Assembly: GCA_965203485.1 (NCBI GenBank)
Contig: OZ241892.1
Span: 1,344,001-1,408,000, forward strand
Source: Longimicrobiales bacterium
GTDB taxonomy: Bacteria > Gemmatimonadota > Gemmatimonadetes > Longimicrobiales > Gaopeijiaceae
Length of the DNA: 64,000 bases
Reading direction: 5' to 3'
The notes below the pieces were generated by a model. That model worked only from the letters and a program-made list of their open reading frames with translations. It was not told the origin of the DNA and made no database searches. Position numbers and translations under genes: made by a program. Positions 50,328-59,166 of this stretch are shown here, piece after piece (the first letter of the stretch is position 1; every line of letters begins with the position of its first letter).

Positions 50328-51911
50328 CTAGCGTCGGCCGGCGTCCGCGCCCCAGCCGAGCCACTCGGTGAACAGCGACGCGGGCGGCGGGGCGCCGCGC
50401 TCCCGCCACAGCCTGAAGAGAAGAAGGCCGAGCGCGGGAGCGGCGATGCCGGTCGGATCGGACAAGTGGCCGGCGAGCAGGCGCGAGGCATCGCGGCTCG
50501 GCGCGCCCGTCGTCGCCAGGCGCTCTAAGGCGTCGCGCGGACCAATGCGGCCGAGGTGCACGAGCGCGGCGAGGCGGGCCGCCTCCGCCTCCGCGAGCGC
50601 GGCGCCGGCGCCTCCCCCTGTTTCGCCGGACGCGCGCGAGACCGTCGCCATCGCGAGCCAGCGGGCGGCTGGCGCCAAGCCGTCCCATGCGACGATCAAG
50701 CGTACGGCCGCGCGCGGGTCGCGGCGGTCGCCGCCGCCCGTGGCAGCTTCGGCAGGCGAGTCTGCCGCGGAGAAGAGCCACGCTGGCGCGGCGGCCTCGG
50801 CAAGGGCCGCCTCGACAAGCTGGTCCGCGGCGCCGTCCTCCGCGACGTAGATGCGCGCAAGGCCTCCCGACGACCGCGCCGACCCCGGCCGCCAGGCCGC
50901 CACGACCGGTCCCCGGCCCGCGATCCCTGGGCCGAACGACGCCGCGACGGCGGGCGCCGGGTCCGACCCGGGCCACCGGGCCGCGACGGCGCGGCCCAGG
51001 GAGACGTCGGCGTCCGGACGGAGCGGGCTGGCCAGGCGCGCCGCCGCGTCGCCCGTCGCCCGCCCGCCGCCCGCCCGCATCTCCGCGACCGCCGCCTCCA
51101 GGGTCTCGACGAGATGGTAGGCGCCGTCGAATCCGTAGTTGCGCGCGATCTCGGACAGGACTTCCTCGCCAAGGCCGGGCGCGCCGTTGCTGCGCGACGG
51201 CGCATCCTCTTCCAGCCGGTCGAGGAAAGCGCGAAGCGCGGCGGCCGCGGCGTCCAGCGCTTGGGCGAGGGCCCATTTCTGGCGCCCTTCGGGGATTTGG
51301 GCGGTCCGCGCGGCCAGCGCGCCGATCCACCGGTCGAGGATACGGCCCTCGAACAGCGCCTGGCGCGCGAGAAGGCGCGGCGGGTTGACTAGCGCCGCGG
51401 CCGCGGCATCCAGCACGTACGGCGCTTGCCGGGCCCGTTCCGTCAGCGCTCGCCGGCGCTCGGGACCGTCCAGGCCGGGATCGATCTCCACGGCCGCCAG
51501 CGCCTCGGCAACGCCGCGCACGTAGTAGAGCGGCGACCTCGCCCACGCTCGAACGCGGTGGAACTCGGCGACGCGCCGGTCGAGAAAGCGGTGTGGATCG
51601 AGCGCGGCGTCCAGCTCGTCGGGCGCGTTGGGGAACAGCAACGGCCCCGCCGCCGCCGACCGAAGCCGCTGGTATCCCCTCGCCCGCGCCGCCAAGCCTT
51701 CTTCGGCGAAGTCGCTGACGCGTCCGGTCTCGGCCGAGAGTCCCAGGAGAGCGGCGGTCTCCGGCTCGAAGAACGTGGCGAATCCTGCGAAGCGCTCGTA
51801 GGGCCGCGACTCCTGGGCCGCCGCCGGGCCGGCGGCGAAGACGATCGCGACGCCGGCCGGAAGCAGCGGCCGGCGCAACACGCCGGCGCGGCGCACGCGG
51901 CTCGCCTTCAT
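50328..51911 (-). CDS. Secreted hypothetical protein, degenerate DUF885-like
   Basis: Signal peptide ending AAA-QE; PETAALLG and NPPRL segments recall DUF885; four-nt overlap with the upstream gene. Confidence 0.6.
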   Translation of the reverse strand: MKASRVRRAGVLRRPLLPAGVAIVFAAGPAAAQESRPYERFAGFATFFEPETAALLGLSAETGRVSDFAEEGLAARARGYQRLRSAAAGPLLFPNAPDELDAALDPHRFLDRRVAEFHRVRAWARSPLYYVRGVAEALAAVEIDPGLDGPERRRALTERARQAPYVLDAAAAALVNPPRLLARQALFEGRILDRWIGALAARTAQIPEGRQKWALAQALDAAAAALRAFLDRLEEDAPSRSNGAPGLGEEVLSEIARNYGFDGAYHLVETLEAAVAEMRAGGGRATGDAAARLASPLRPDADVSLGRAVAARWPGSDPAPAVAASFGPGIAGRGPVVAAWRPGSARSSGGLARIYVAEDGAADQLVEAALAEAAAPAWLFSAADSPAEAATGGGDRRDPRAAVRLIVAWDGLAPAARWLAMATVSRASGETGGGAGAALAEAEAARLAALVHLGRIGPRDALERLATTGAPSRDASRLLAGHLSDPTGIAAPALGLLLFRLWRERGAPPPASLFTEWLGWGADAGRR

Positions 51912-52957
51912 CGCGCCGTTTCCGATCCGCTCGCGCGGGGCGCCCCGGAAGGGAGCGCAGGGCGAACGGAAACGGGCGTCAGCTCGCCGTCGATGATCTC
52001 CGCCAACGCTTCTTCCTTTCGCCAATGCGCTTCGAGTTCGGCCAGCTCCATCTCGAGCAGGCGCTTCTCGCGCTCCTCGTGCACAGCGATCTCGAGCGCG
52101 ATGCGGCCGATGCGCCCCAGGTCGCCGAACGCCCGCGAACTCGGCACGATCTTCGACGCGATCCGCTCGGGACCGCCGCCGACCTCGATCAGCCTCGACG
52201 CCTCCTCCACGCGGCGACTCGACGCGCCGGAGAAGTGATGGTACGCGAGAGCCCGGCCCAACGCACGCGCGCCCTCGCGGCCGGTCAGCGCCAAGCCGGA
52301 TTCTCCCCGCGGCTCCCGCCTCGCGCACCACGGGCACGGAATCGTCACCGCGAGACCACCCTCTCGCGCGGACAGCACGAGCTGCTTCCGGTCCTTGAAG
52401 GACAACGAATCCATGCGGAGGCCGCAACGCGGACAGCGCCCCCGCCCGCGCCATGCCACGCGGCCGAACCGCAGCCATCGAGCCGCCCCGACCACGGCGT
52501 CCGGCAAGCGGTCCCACAAGAGCCACGCCGTGAAGAAGCTCATTCCGCCGGTCGCGACCGAACCGAGGCCGGCGGCCGCGGCGCCCACCGCGGCCGCCGT
52601 CGTGAGCTTCTTGTGGCGGTCGCGGCGTTCGCGCAGCTCCCGGCCGTAGCGCCACCACGCTTCCTCGGCCAGGCCCGCGCGCCCGACGCGGACGATTTCG
52701 ATCCCGCCAGCCCGCAGGAGCGCGACGTTGTCGGTCTCGGCCAGCAGACGCGCCCGGTCGGCGACGAGCCGCTCCAATGCATCCAGCGCCTCCCACCGCG
52801 ACTCGATCGGAGCCAGCGACCACCGCTTGCAGGTCCGGCAGATCGCCCAGAGGCGTCCGCGCAACGGATCGTACGCCACGCGGTTGCCGGTCGCCACGCC
52901 CTCCAGCGCCTCGGCGCGCTCGAACGGCCTGTTGCAGATCAGGCACTTGTCGTACAT
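51908..52957 (-). CDS. Hypothetical protein with four CxxC motifs and a central hydrophobic segment
   Basis: MYDKCLIC, AYDP.RGRLWAICRTC.RW.L.P.E.RWEA, CPRC, CPWC, helical C-terminus. Confidence 0.8.
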   Translation of the reverse strand: MYDKCLICNRPFERAEALEGVATGNRVAYDPLRGRLWAICRTCKRWSLAPIESRWEALDALERLVADRARLLAETDNVALLRAGGIEIVRVGRAGLAEEAWWRYGRELRERRDRHKKLTTAAAVGAAAAGLGSVATGGMSFFTAWLLWDRLPDAVVGAARWLRFGRVAWRGRGRCPRCGLRMDSLSFKDRKQLVLSAREGGLAVTIPCPWCARREPRGESGLALTGREGARALGRALAYHHFSGASSRRVEEASRLIEVGGGPERIASKIVPSSRAFGDLGRIGRIALEIAVHEEREKRLLEMELAELEAHWRKEEALAEIIDGELTPVSVRPALPSGAPRASGSETAR

Positions 52958-53030
52958 GCTTCGGGCCGACTCCCGTCTTGCCTCCGCCGGCTTCCCGTTC
53001 TCCCGGCCACCCGCCGGCCCCCGGCACGCC

Positions 53031-53627
53031 ATGCTCGCAGTCATCGACAACTACGACTCCTTCACGTGGAACCTAGTGCAGGCGTTCGGCGGCCTGGGCC
53101 AGCAACCGCGGGTCTTTCGCAACGACGCCGTTGCGGTTGCCGACTTGCTGGAAGCGGGCGTCGACCGGTTGGTGGTCTCGCCCGGGCCGTGCACGCCTGC
53201 GGAGGCGGGCGTCAGCGTGGAGGCGGTCCGCGAACTCGGCCCCCGCGTTCCCACCCTGGGCGTCTGCCTGGGGCACCAGGCCATCGGCGAAGCCTATGGA
53301 GGAAGGACCGTTCCCGCCGCGCGCTGCGTGCACGGAAAGGTCGGCGCCGTCGAGCACGCCGGCGACGCGCTCTTCGCCGGACTGCCGTCGCCGCTTCGCG
53401 TGGCCCGCTACCACTCTCTGGTCGCGTCGCCCGACCTGCCGCCCGGCTTGGAGCCCATCGCTTGGAGCGCCGAAGCCGCCGACCGGGGCGAGGTGCAGGC
53501 GATGCGGCACCGGGAGCACCCCGTGTGGGGCGTCCAGTTTCATCCCGAATCCTGGTTCACGGAGGGCGGGACGCGCATTCTGCGGAACTTCCTGGCAATG
53601 CGGCCCTCGGGAGACGCTGGGCCGTGA
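53031..53627 (+). CDS. Anthranilate/aminodeoxychorismate synthase glutamine amidotransferase (TrpG/PabA)
   Basis: IDNYDSFT.NL, SPGP, GVCLGHQ, RYHSL, QFHPES. Confidence 0.95.
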   Translation: MLAVIDNYDSFTWNLVQAFGGLGQQPRVFRNDAVAVADLLEAGVDRLVVSPGPCTPAEAGVSVEAVRELGPRVPTLGVCLGHQAIGEAYGGRTVPAARCVHGKVGAVEHAGDALFAGLPSPLRVARYHSLVASPDLPPGLEPIAWSAEAADRGEVQAMRHREHPVWGVQFHPESWFTEGGTRILRNFLAMRPSGDAGP

Positions 53628-54385
53628 CGCGCGTCCTGGGCGTGATTCCAGCACGGATCGGATCGACCCGCCTGCCGCGCAAGCCGCTTCGCCTTCTCTG
53701 CGGCCAGCCGATGATCGTGCGCGTCTGGCGCCGGGCGCGGGGGCTCGTCGAACGCTTGGTGGTGGCCACCGACTCGGACGAGATTCGCCGCGTGTGCGCC
53801 GACGCCGGGGCCGAGGTCGTGATGACGGACGCCGGTCACCCGTCGGGGACCGACCGCGTGGCCGCCGCCGTCGCCGCATGCGGGACGGAGTGCGACGTCG
53901 TCGTCAACGTCCAGGGCGACGAACCCCTCCTGGAGCCCGGCGCCGTGCGGACGGCCGTGGCCATGGTCGAAGCGGGATTCGCAGTGGGCACGTGCGCCAC
54001 TCCGGTGCGCGACGAGGCCGAACTCGGCGACCCGTCGGTGGTCAAGGTCGCGGCGACGAAGGAGGGCAGGGCGTTATACTTCTCGAGAGCGCCGATACCC
54101 CATTGTCGCGAAGGCTTCGGACCGCACCGCGCTCGGCGACCGGGTCTTCACCTGCGGCACGTCGGGACCTACGCCTACCGTCTTGAGTCCTTGATGCAGT
54201 TCGTCCGCTTCGGCCCTTCGCCGCTGGAAGCCGCGGAGGGCCTCGAGCAATTGCGCGCCTTGGAGAACGGAATCGAGATCGGCGTGGGCGTGATCCCGAG
54301 CGCCGAACCGGGCGTGGACACCGAGGAGGACCTGCGCCGCGCGGAACGGCGGATTGGGGCGCTGGCGAGGGCGGCCGCGCGGTGA
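53624..54385 (+). CDS. kdsB: 3-deoxy-manno-octulosonate cytidylyltransferase
   Basis: IPAR..STRLP.KPL, SGTDR, NVQGDEP, YFSRAPIP, LEQLRALE. Confidence 0.96.
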   Translation: MTRVLGVIPARIGSTRLPRKPLRLLCGQPMIVRVWRRARGLVERLVVATDSDEIRRVCADAGAEVVMTDAGHPSGTDRVAAAVAACGTECDVVVNVQGDEPLLEPGAVRTAVAMVEAGFAVGTCATPVRDEAELGDPSVVKVAATKEGRALYFSRAPIPHCREGFGPHRARRPGLHLRHVGTYAYRLESLMQFVRFGPSPLEAAEGLEQLRALENGIEIGVGVIPSAEPGVDTEEDLRRAERRIGALARAAAR

Positions 54386-56112
54386 GAGGCGCAACGAGGG
54401 CCGCTTCGGACGGCGCCAAGTTCGTATTCGTCACCGGCGGAGTCGTTTCGTCGCTGGGCAAGGGGATCGCAGCCGCTTCCTTGGGGCTTCTCCTCAAGGA
54501 GCGCGGATTGCGCGTGACGCTCCAGAAGCTCGACCCCTACATCAACGTCGATCCGGGCACGCTCTCGCCTCTGCAGCACGGCGAGGTCTTCGTCACCGAC
54601 GACGGCGCCGAGACGGACCTGGACCTGGGGCACTACGAGCGCTTCGTGGACGCCAGCCTGTCGCAGGCCAACAACGCCACCACGGGCAGCGTCTACCGCA
54701 CGGTCATCGAGCGCGAGCGGCGGGGCGACTATCTGGGCCGGACCGTGCAGGTAGTCCCCCACATCACGGACGAGATCAAGCGTTGCGTGCACGCGGTCGC
54801 CGACGGCCACGACGTCGTCATCTCGGAGGTGGGCGGCACCGTGGGCGACATCGAGAGCTTGCCGTTCCTGGAAGCGATCCGGCAGTTCCGCCAGGAAGTC
54901 GGGCCCCGCAACGCGCTCCACGTGCACCTCACGCTCGTGCCCTACATCGGAGCCGCGGGCGAGCTCAAGACCAAGCCGACGCAGCACTCGGTCCGCGAGC
55001 TGATGCAGACGGGGATACAGCCGGCCGTGCTGGTCTGCCGCACGGAGCATCCGCTGGGCGAGGCCACGAAGGCCAAGATCGCCGGTTTCACCAACGTCGA
55101 CCCGGCGGGCGTCGTCGAAGCCCGCGACGTCGAGACCATCTACGAGGTGCCGCTCGAGTTTCGGCGCCAGCGGCTCGACGACTTCGTGCTGTCCTGGTTC
55201 GGCGTGCAGGCGCCCGCGCCCGACTTGGCGCCGTGGACGCGCATCGTCGAGCGCATCAAGTCTCCTTCCGGGGGCCGGGCGCGCATCGCGGTGGTCGGCA
55301 AGTACACGAAGTTGGTCGACGCCTACAAGTCCGTCGAGCAAGCGCTGGTTCACGGAGGCGTCCGCAACGACGCCCAGGTCGAGATCGGCTGGATCTCGAG
55401 CGAGGATCTGGAGGAGGACCTCGATCCCGACTTCCTGGCCGAGTACGACGGCCTGCTGGTGCCCGGCGGATTCGGCGACCGGGGCATCGAGGGCATGATC
55501 CGGGCGGTCGGCTGGGCGCGGGGCAACGGACTGCCCTTCCTGGGCATCTGCCTGGGCCTCCAGTGCGCGGTGATCGAGTTCGCGCGCAACGTCTGCGGCA
55601 TGGACCGGGCCGACTCCTTCGAATTCGATCCGTCGTCGCCGCACCCGGTCATCTGCCTGATGGACGCGCAGCGCAACGTCACCACGAAGGGAGGCACCAT
55701 GCGGTTGGGCGCCTATCGGGCCAAGCTGGCGCCCGGTTCCACGGCGGCGCGCGTCTACGGCTCGGACGCGGTCGACGAGCGCCATCGCCACCGCTACGAG
55801 GTCAACAACGACTATCGGGCCTTGCTTGCGGAGCGGGGGATGCGCTTCTGCGCCACGTCGCTGGACGACAAGCTGGTGGAGATGATCGAATTGCCGGGCC
55901 ACCCGTGGTTTGTTGCCGGTCAGTTTCATCCGGAGCTGAAGAGCCGGCCCACCCGCGCCCACCCGCTGTTCGCGGCGTTTGTCGAAGCGGCGTGCGCGCG
56001 ACGGGCCGCGGGCGGCGGCGGCGCTGCAGGGGCGGCGCCGGGGTGCGCGGAGGATCCCGGTCCCGCCCTCGCGGAAGGCGCCGCTCGCGGGACGGCGTTG
56101 TTGCCGGGCTGA
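54382..56112 (+). CDS. pyrG: CTP synthase
   Basis: FVTGGVVSSLGKG, KTKPTQHSV, GICLG, ERHRHRYE, QFHPE. Confidence 0.98.
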   Translation: MRGATRAASDGAKFVFVTGGVVSSLGKGIAAASLGLLLKERGLRVTLQKLDPYINVDPGTLSPLQHGEVFVTDDGAETDLDLGHYERFVDASLSQANNATTGSVYRTVIERERRGDYLGRTVQVVPHITDEIKRCVHAVADGHDVVISEVGGTVGDIESLPFLEAIRQFRQEVGPRNALHVHLTLVPYIGAAGELKTKPTQHSVRELMQTGIQPAVLVCRTEHPLGEATKAKIAGFTNVDPAGVVEARDVETIYEVPLEFRRQRLDDFVLSWFGVQAPAPDLAPWTRIVERIKSPSGGRARIAVVGKYTKLVDAYKSVEQALVHGGVRNDAQVEIGWISSEDLEEDLDPDFLAEYDGLLVPGGFGDRGIEGMIRAVGWARGNGLPFLGICLGLQCAVIEFARNVCGMDRADSFEFDPSSPHPVICLMDAQRNVTTKGGTMRLGAYRAKLAPGSTAARVYGSDAVDERHRHRYEVNNDYRALLAERGMRFCATSLDDKLVEMIELPGHPWFVAGQFHPELKSRPTRAHPLFAAFVEAACARRAAGGGGAAGAAPGCAEDPGPALAEGAARGTALLPG

Positions 56113-56140
56113 GGACCCGGGATTCCGGCCAGTGTTTCTG

Positions 56141-56941
56141 ATGGACGGCTTCGCGTTGTTCGCGGGACCCTGCGTGCTGGAAGACGAGGCGCTCAACTTG
56201 CGCGTGGCCGAGGGCGTGCGGGACGCGGCGGCCGACGCCGGGTTGCCCGTCGTGTTCAAGGCGTCGTTCGACAAGGCGAACCGGTCGCGCTCGGCCTCGG
56301 CCCGGGGTCCGGGGCTGGCCGCCGGGTTGCCGTTGCTGCGCGCCGTGCGCGAGACGACCGGGATGCCCGTGCTGACCGACGTTCACGAGGTCGCGCAGGC
56401 CGAGCCGGCGGCGGAAGTGGCCGACGTCTTGCAAGTGCCCGCCTTTCTCTGCCGCCAGACCGACCTGCTGCGGGCCGCCGGGCGCACAGGGAAGGTGGTG
56501 AACTTGAAGAAAGGGCAGTGGATGTCGCCCGAGGCGATGGCGGGCGCCGTGGAGAAGGTCCTCGAGGCGGGTGCGGCGCAAGCGCTGGTCACCGAGCGCG
56601 GCACGGCCTTTGGCTACGGCGATCTGGTGGTGGACATGCGCTCGTTCGGACGCATTCGCCGGGTTGCCGATGCCCCGGTGATCTTCGACGGGACGCATTC
56701 GGTCCAGCGGCCGGGGCGCGGGCGGGACGGCTCCTCGGGCGGGACGCCCGAGCATGTCGGCCCGCTGGTTCGCGCGGCCGTGGCGGCGGGTTGCGACGGA
56801 CTGTTCCTGGAAGCGCACCCGGCTCCGGACCGCGCCCCCTCCGACGGCGCCACCATGTTGCCTTTGCACGAGTTGCCCGCGCTCTTGCGCTCGGTCGCGG
56901 CAATCCGGGCCGCGCTGGCGCCGGGCCCGGAGGCGGCGTGA
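56141..56941 (+). CDS. kdsA: KDO8P synthase
   Basis: AGPCVLE, KASFDKANRS, PAFLCRQTD, KKGQ, DGTHSVQ.PG. Confidence 0.96.
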   Translation: MDGFALFAGPCVLEDEALNLRVAEGVRDAAADAGLPVVFKASFDKANRSRSASARGPGLAAGLPLLRAVRETTGMPVLTDVHEVAQAEPAAEVADVLQVPAFLCRQTDLLRAAGRTGKVVNLKKGQWMSPEAMAGAVEKVLEAGAAQALVTERGTAFGYGDLVVDMRSFGRIRRVADAPVIFDGTHSVQRPGRGRDGSSGGTPEHVGPLVRAAVAAGCDGLFLEAHPAPDRAPSDGATMLPLHELPALLRSVAAIRAALAPGPEAA

Positions 56942-56982
56942 CGGGGGCGCCGACAGTTGCCAAGGAGGGTGGGCTAGGCGCC

Positions 56983-57534
56983 ATGCCGATCGCCGCCGAG
57001 TTGGCCCGCCGGGTTCGCCTCGTGATGTTGGATGTGGACGGCGTGCTCACGGACGGAGGTATCTACATTGGTGCTATGCAATATGATACACCAATCGAGT
57101 TAAAGCGCTTTCACGTCGAGGACGGGATTGCCGTTCGCATGCTCCGGAAGGTGGGCATCCATGTCGCCATCGTGTCGGGCCGGGTGTCGGAAGCGACCAA
57201 CCTGCGGGCCCGGGAGCTGGAGATCGCCGACGTGATTCAGGACGGCAACGCGTGCAAGCTGCCCGCCGTCGAGAGACTGCTGGAGCGGTTGGGCGTGGAC
57301 TGGTCCGAGACGGCTCACCTGGGCGACGACTTGGCGGACCTTCCGTTGCTTCGCCGCGTCGGCTTGCCGGCTACCGTGGCCAACGGCGTGCCGGAAATCC
57401 GCCGTCTCGCTGTCTGGCAGGGCTTGCGGCGAGGAGGACAGGGCGCGGCCAGGGAGTTCGCGGAGGCGATTCTCACAGCGCGAGGCGACTGGGACAGGCT
57501 GGTCGATGAGTACTGCCGCGAGCGTGGCGACTAG
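56983..57534 (+). CDS. kdsC: KDO8P phosphatase (HAD family)
   Basis: LDVDGVLTDG, GDDLAD, GG.GAARE. Alternative start GTG 56938. Confidence 0.94.
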   Translation: MPIAAELARRVRLVMLDVDGVLTDGGIYIGAMQYDTPIELKRFHVEDGIAVRMLRKVGIHVAIVSGRVSEATNLRARELEIADVIQDGNACKLPAVERLLERLGVDWSETAHLGDDLADLPLLRRVGLPATVANGVPEIRRLAVWQGLRRGGQGAAREFAEAILTARGDWDRLVDEYCRERGD

Positions 57535-58495
57535 CGTCGGCGGAGGTGCGCTGGCTGAAGGCGTCCGGGTCCTGCGAATGGAGGCCGCGGCGGTGGACGC
57601 GCTGGCCGGGCGGATCGGGCCGGAGTTCGAACGGGCCGTGGAGCTGGTGGCGGAGACGGAAGGGCGCGTGGTCGTGTCGGGCGTCGGCAAGTCGGGGATC
57701 GTCGCGCGCAAGGTCGCGGCGACCCTGACCTCGACGGGCACGCCGGCCGTCTTCGTGCATCCGGTGGACGCGTTGCACGGCGACTTGGGGCTCGTGGGAG
57801 CCGGCGACGTGATGGTGGTGCTTTCGAAGAGCGGCGCGACGGCCGAGCTGCACGGCCTGCTCGAGTTCGCAGAGGCGCGCCGCGTCCCTGTCGTCGCTTT
57901 CGCGGGGGACGCTCGCTCGCCGCTTGCCCGGCAGGCTGCCGCGACGCTCGACTGCGGCGTCGCCGAAGAGGCGTGCCCGATGGGCTTGGCTCCCACGTCG
58001 TCCACGACGGCGGCGCTGGCGATGGGCGACGCCCTGGCGGTGGCCGTCCTGGCCCGGCGTGGATTCGGGGCCGACGACTTCGCCGGCATCCACCCCGGCG
58101 GCGCCTTGGGCAGGCGGCTCAAGTTGCGCGTGCGCGACGTGATGGAGGCGGGAGACTATCCTGCGGCCGCTCCGGACGCGTGCGCCCGGGACGTGATCGT
58201 GCCCCTTGCGCGGATGCGGGGCACGGTGCCGGTGATCGACGCGGCTCGCTCCGTAGTCGGGGTCGTGACCGCCGGAGATCTGACGCGGCTCATGGAGCGC
58301 GCGAAGGACTTCCTCGACGTGCCAGTCTCCGAGTTCATGGCCCGCGCGCCGAAGGTGGCCGCCCCGGAGGAGCGCGCCGCGGCGGCCGTTCGCCGCATGG
58401 AGGAGCACGGCGTCATGGCGTTGCCGGTGGTCGGAGACGACGGCCTCGAGGGCATCGTGCACCTGCACGACCTGTTGCGGGCGGGCGCGGCGTGA
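57506..58495 (+). CDS. kdsD: Arabinose-5-phosphate isomerase (KpsF/GutQ, SIS + CBS)
   Basis: GVGKSG, HGDLG, EACP..LAPTSST, HPGGALG. Confidence 0.95.
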   Translation: MSTAASVATSVGGGALAEGVRVLRMEAAAVDALAGRIGPEFERAVELVAETEGRVVVSGVGKSGIVARKVAATLTSTGTPAVFVHPVDALHGDLGLVGAGDVMVVLSKSGATAELHGLLEFAEARRVPVVAFAGDARSPLARQAAATLDCGVAEEACPMGLAPTSSTTAALAMGDALAVAVLARRGFGADDFAGIHPGGALGRRLKLRVRDVMEAGDYPAAAPDACARDVIVPLARMRGTVPVIDAARSVVGVVTAGDLTRLMERAKDFLDVPVSEFMARAPKVAAPEERAAAAVRRMEEHGVMALPVVGDDGLEGIVHLHDLLRAGAA

Positions 58496-59166
58496 CGCGA
58501 GCCGCGCGGCGCTTCGGGCTCGCGGGCGCCCGGACGGACGGACACGGAGCCTGGGCGAGCCGCGCGGCGGCCGCCGCCCTGCCGCGGCATGGGGCGACGG
58601 CCTCCGGGTTCACGCCGCGGCTTTCGCTCGTCGCAACGGCGGCCCGGTCCCGGCCGCCCTGGGTCTTGGCCGCCGTCGTGGCGGCCTGCGGGCCCGATGC
58701 GGCCGAACGAACGGGGCCGGGCGGGCTCGCGCCGACGTCGGCCGATGAAGTCACGTTCGACGTCACGCACGTGGTCTCGGTCGACGGCGTCAGAGAAGCG
58801 CGCCTGCGGGCCGACAGCATGCTGGCCTGGCGGGACTCGGCCCATGTCGTGCTCGGACGCATGGAGCTGGCGATCTTCGACGAGCAGGGCAGGGCGCGCG
58901 CCACAATCACCGCCGATTCCGGGCGTCTGCTTCGTCGGACCGACGAGCTGACCGCCATGGGCAATGCCCGGCTGGTGGTCGCGGCCGAGGACCTCGAGAT
59001 ATCGAGTTCCATTTTGCGCTTCGCGCCCGCGTCCGACCGGGTGTGGAGCGACAGCGCCGTCGTGATGCGCAAGGAGCAGTGCCGAGTGGAAGGGGATCGC
59101 TTCGAGGCCGACTTGAACTTCGACGACGTGACGATCGGCGGCACGCAGGAGCGAGGGTGCGGATGA
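58492..59166 (+). CDS. lptC: LPS export protein LptC-like
   Basis: Position between kdsD and lptA/B; lipobox-like VAAC; beta-jellyroll-like ITADSG, WSDSAV. Start uncertain. Confidence 0.75.
   Translation: MTRAARRFGLAGARTDGHGAWASRAAAAALPRHGATASGFTPRLSLVATAARSRPPWVLAAVVAACGPDAAERTGPGGLAPTSADEVTFDVTHVVSVDGVREARLRADSMLAWRDSAHVVLGRMELAIFDEQGRARATITADSGRLLRRTDELTAMGNARLVVAAEDLEISSSILRFAPASDRVWSDSAVVMRKEQCRVEGDRFEADLNFDDVTIGGTQERGCG

Noticed and set aside
50328..53027. 899-aa single ORF in the track
   Set aside because: Its upstream part overlaps the CxxC gene in another frame; the real start is probably ATG 51911 with a signal peptide.
57067..57099. AT-rich palindrome as the chromosomal dif site
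   Set aside because: No TTATGTTAAAT-like XerD arm, and it lies inside a coding sequence.
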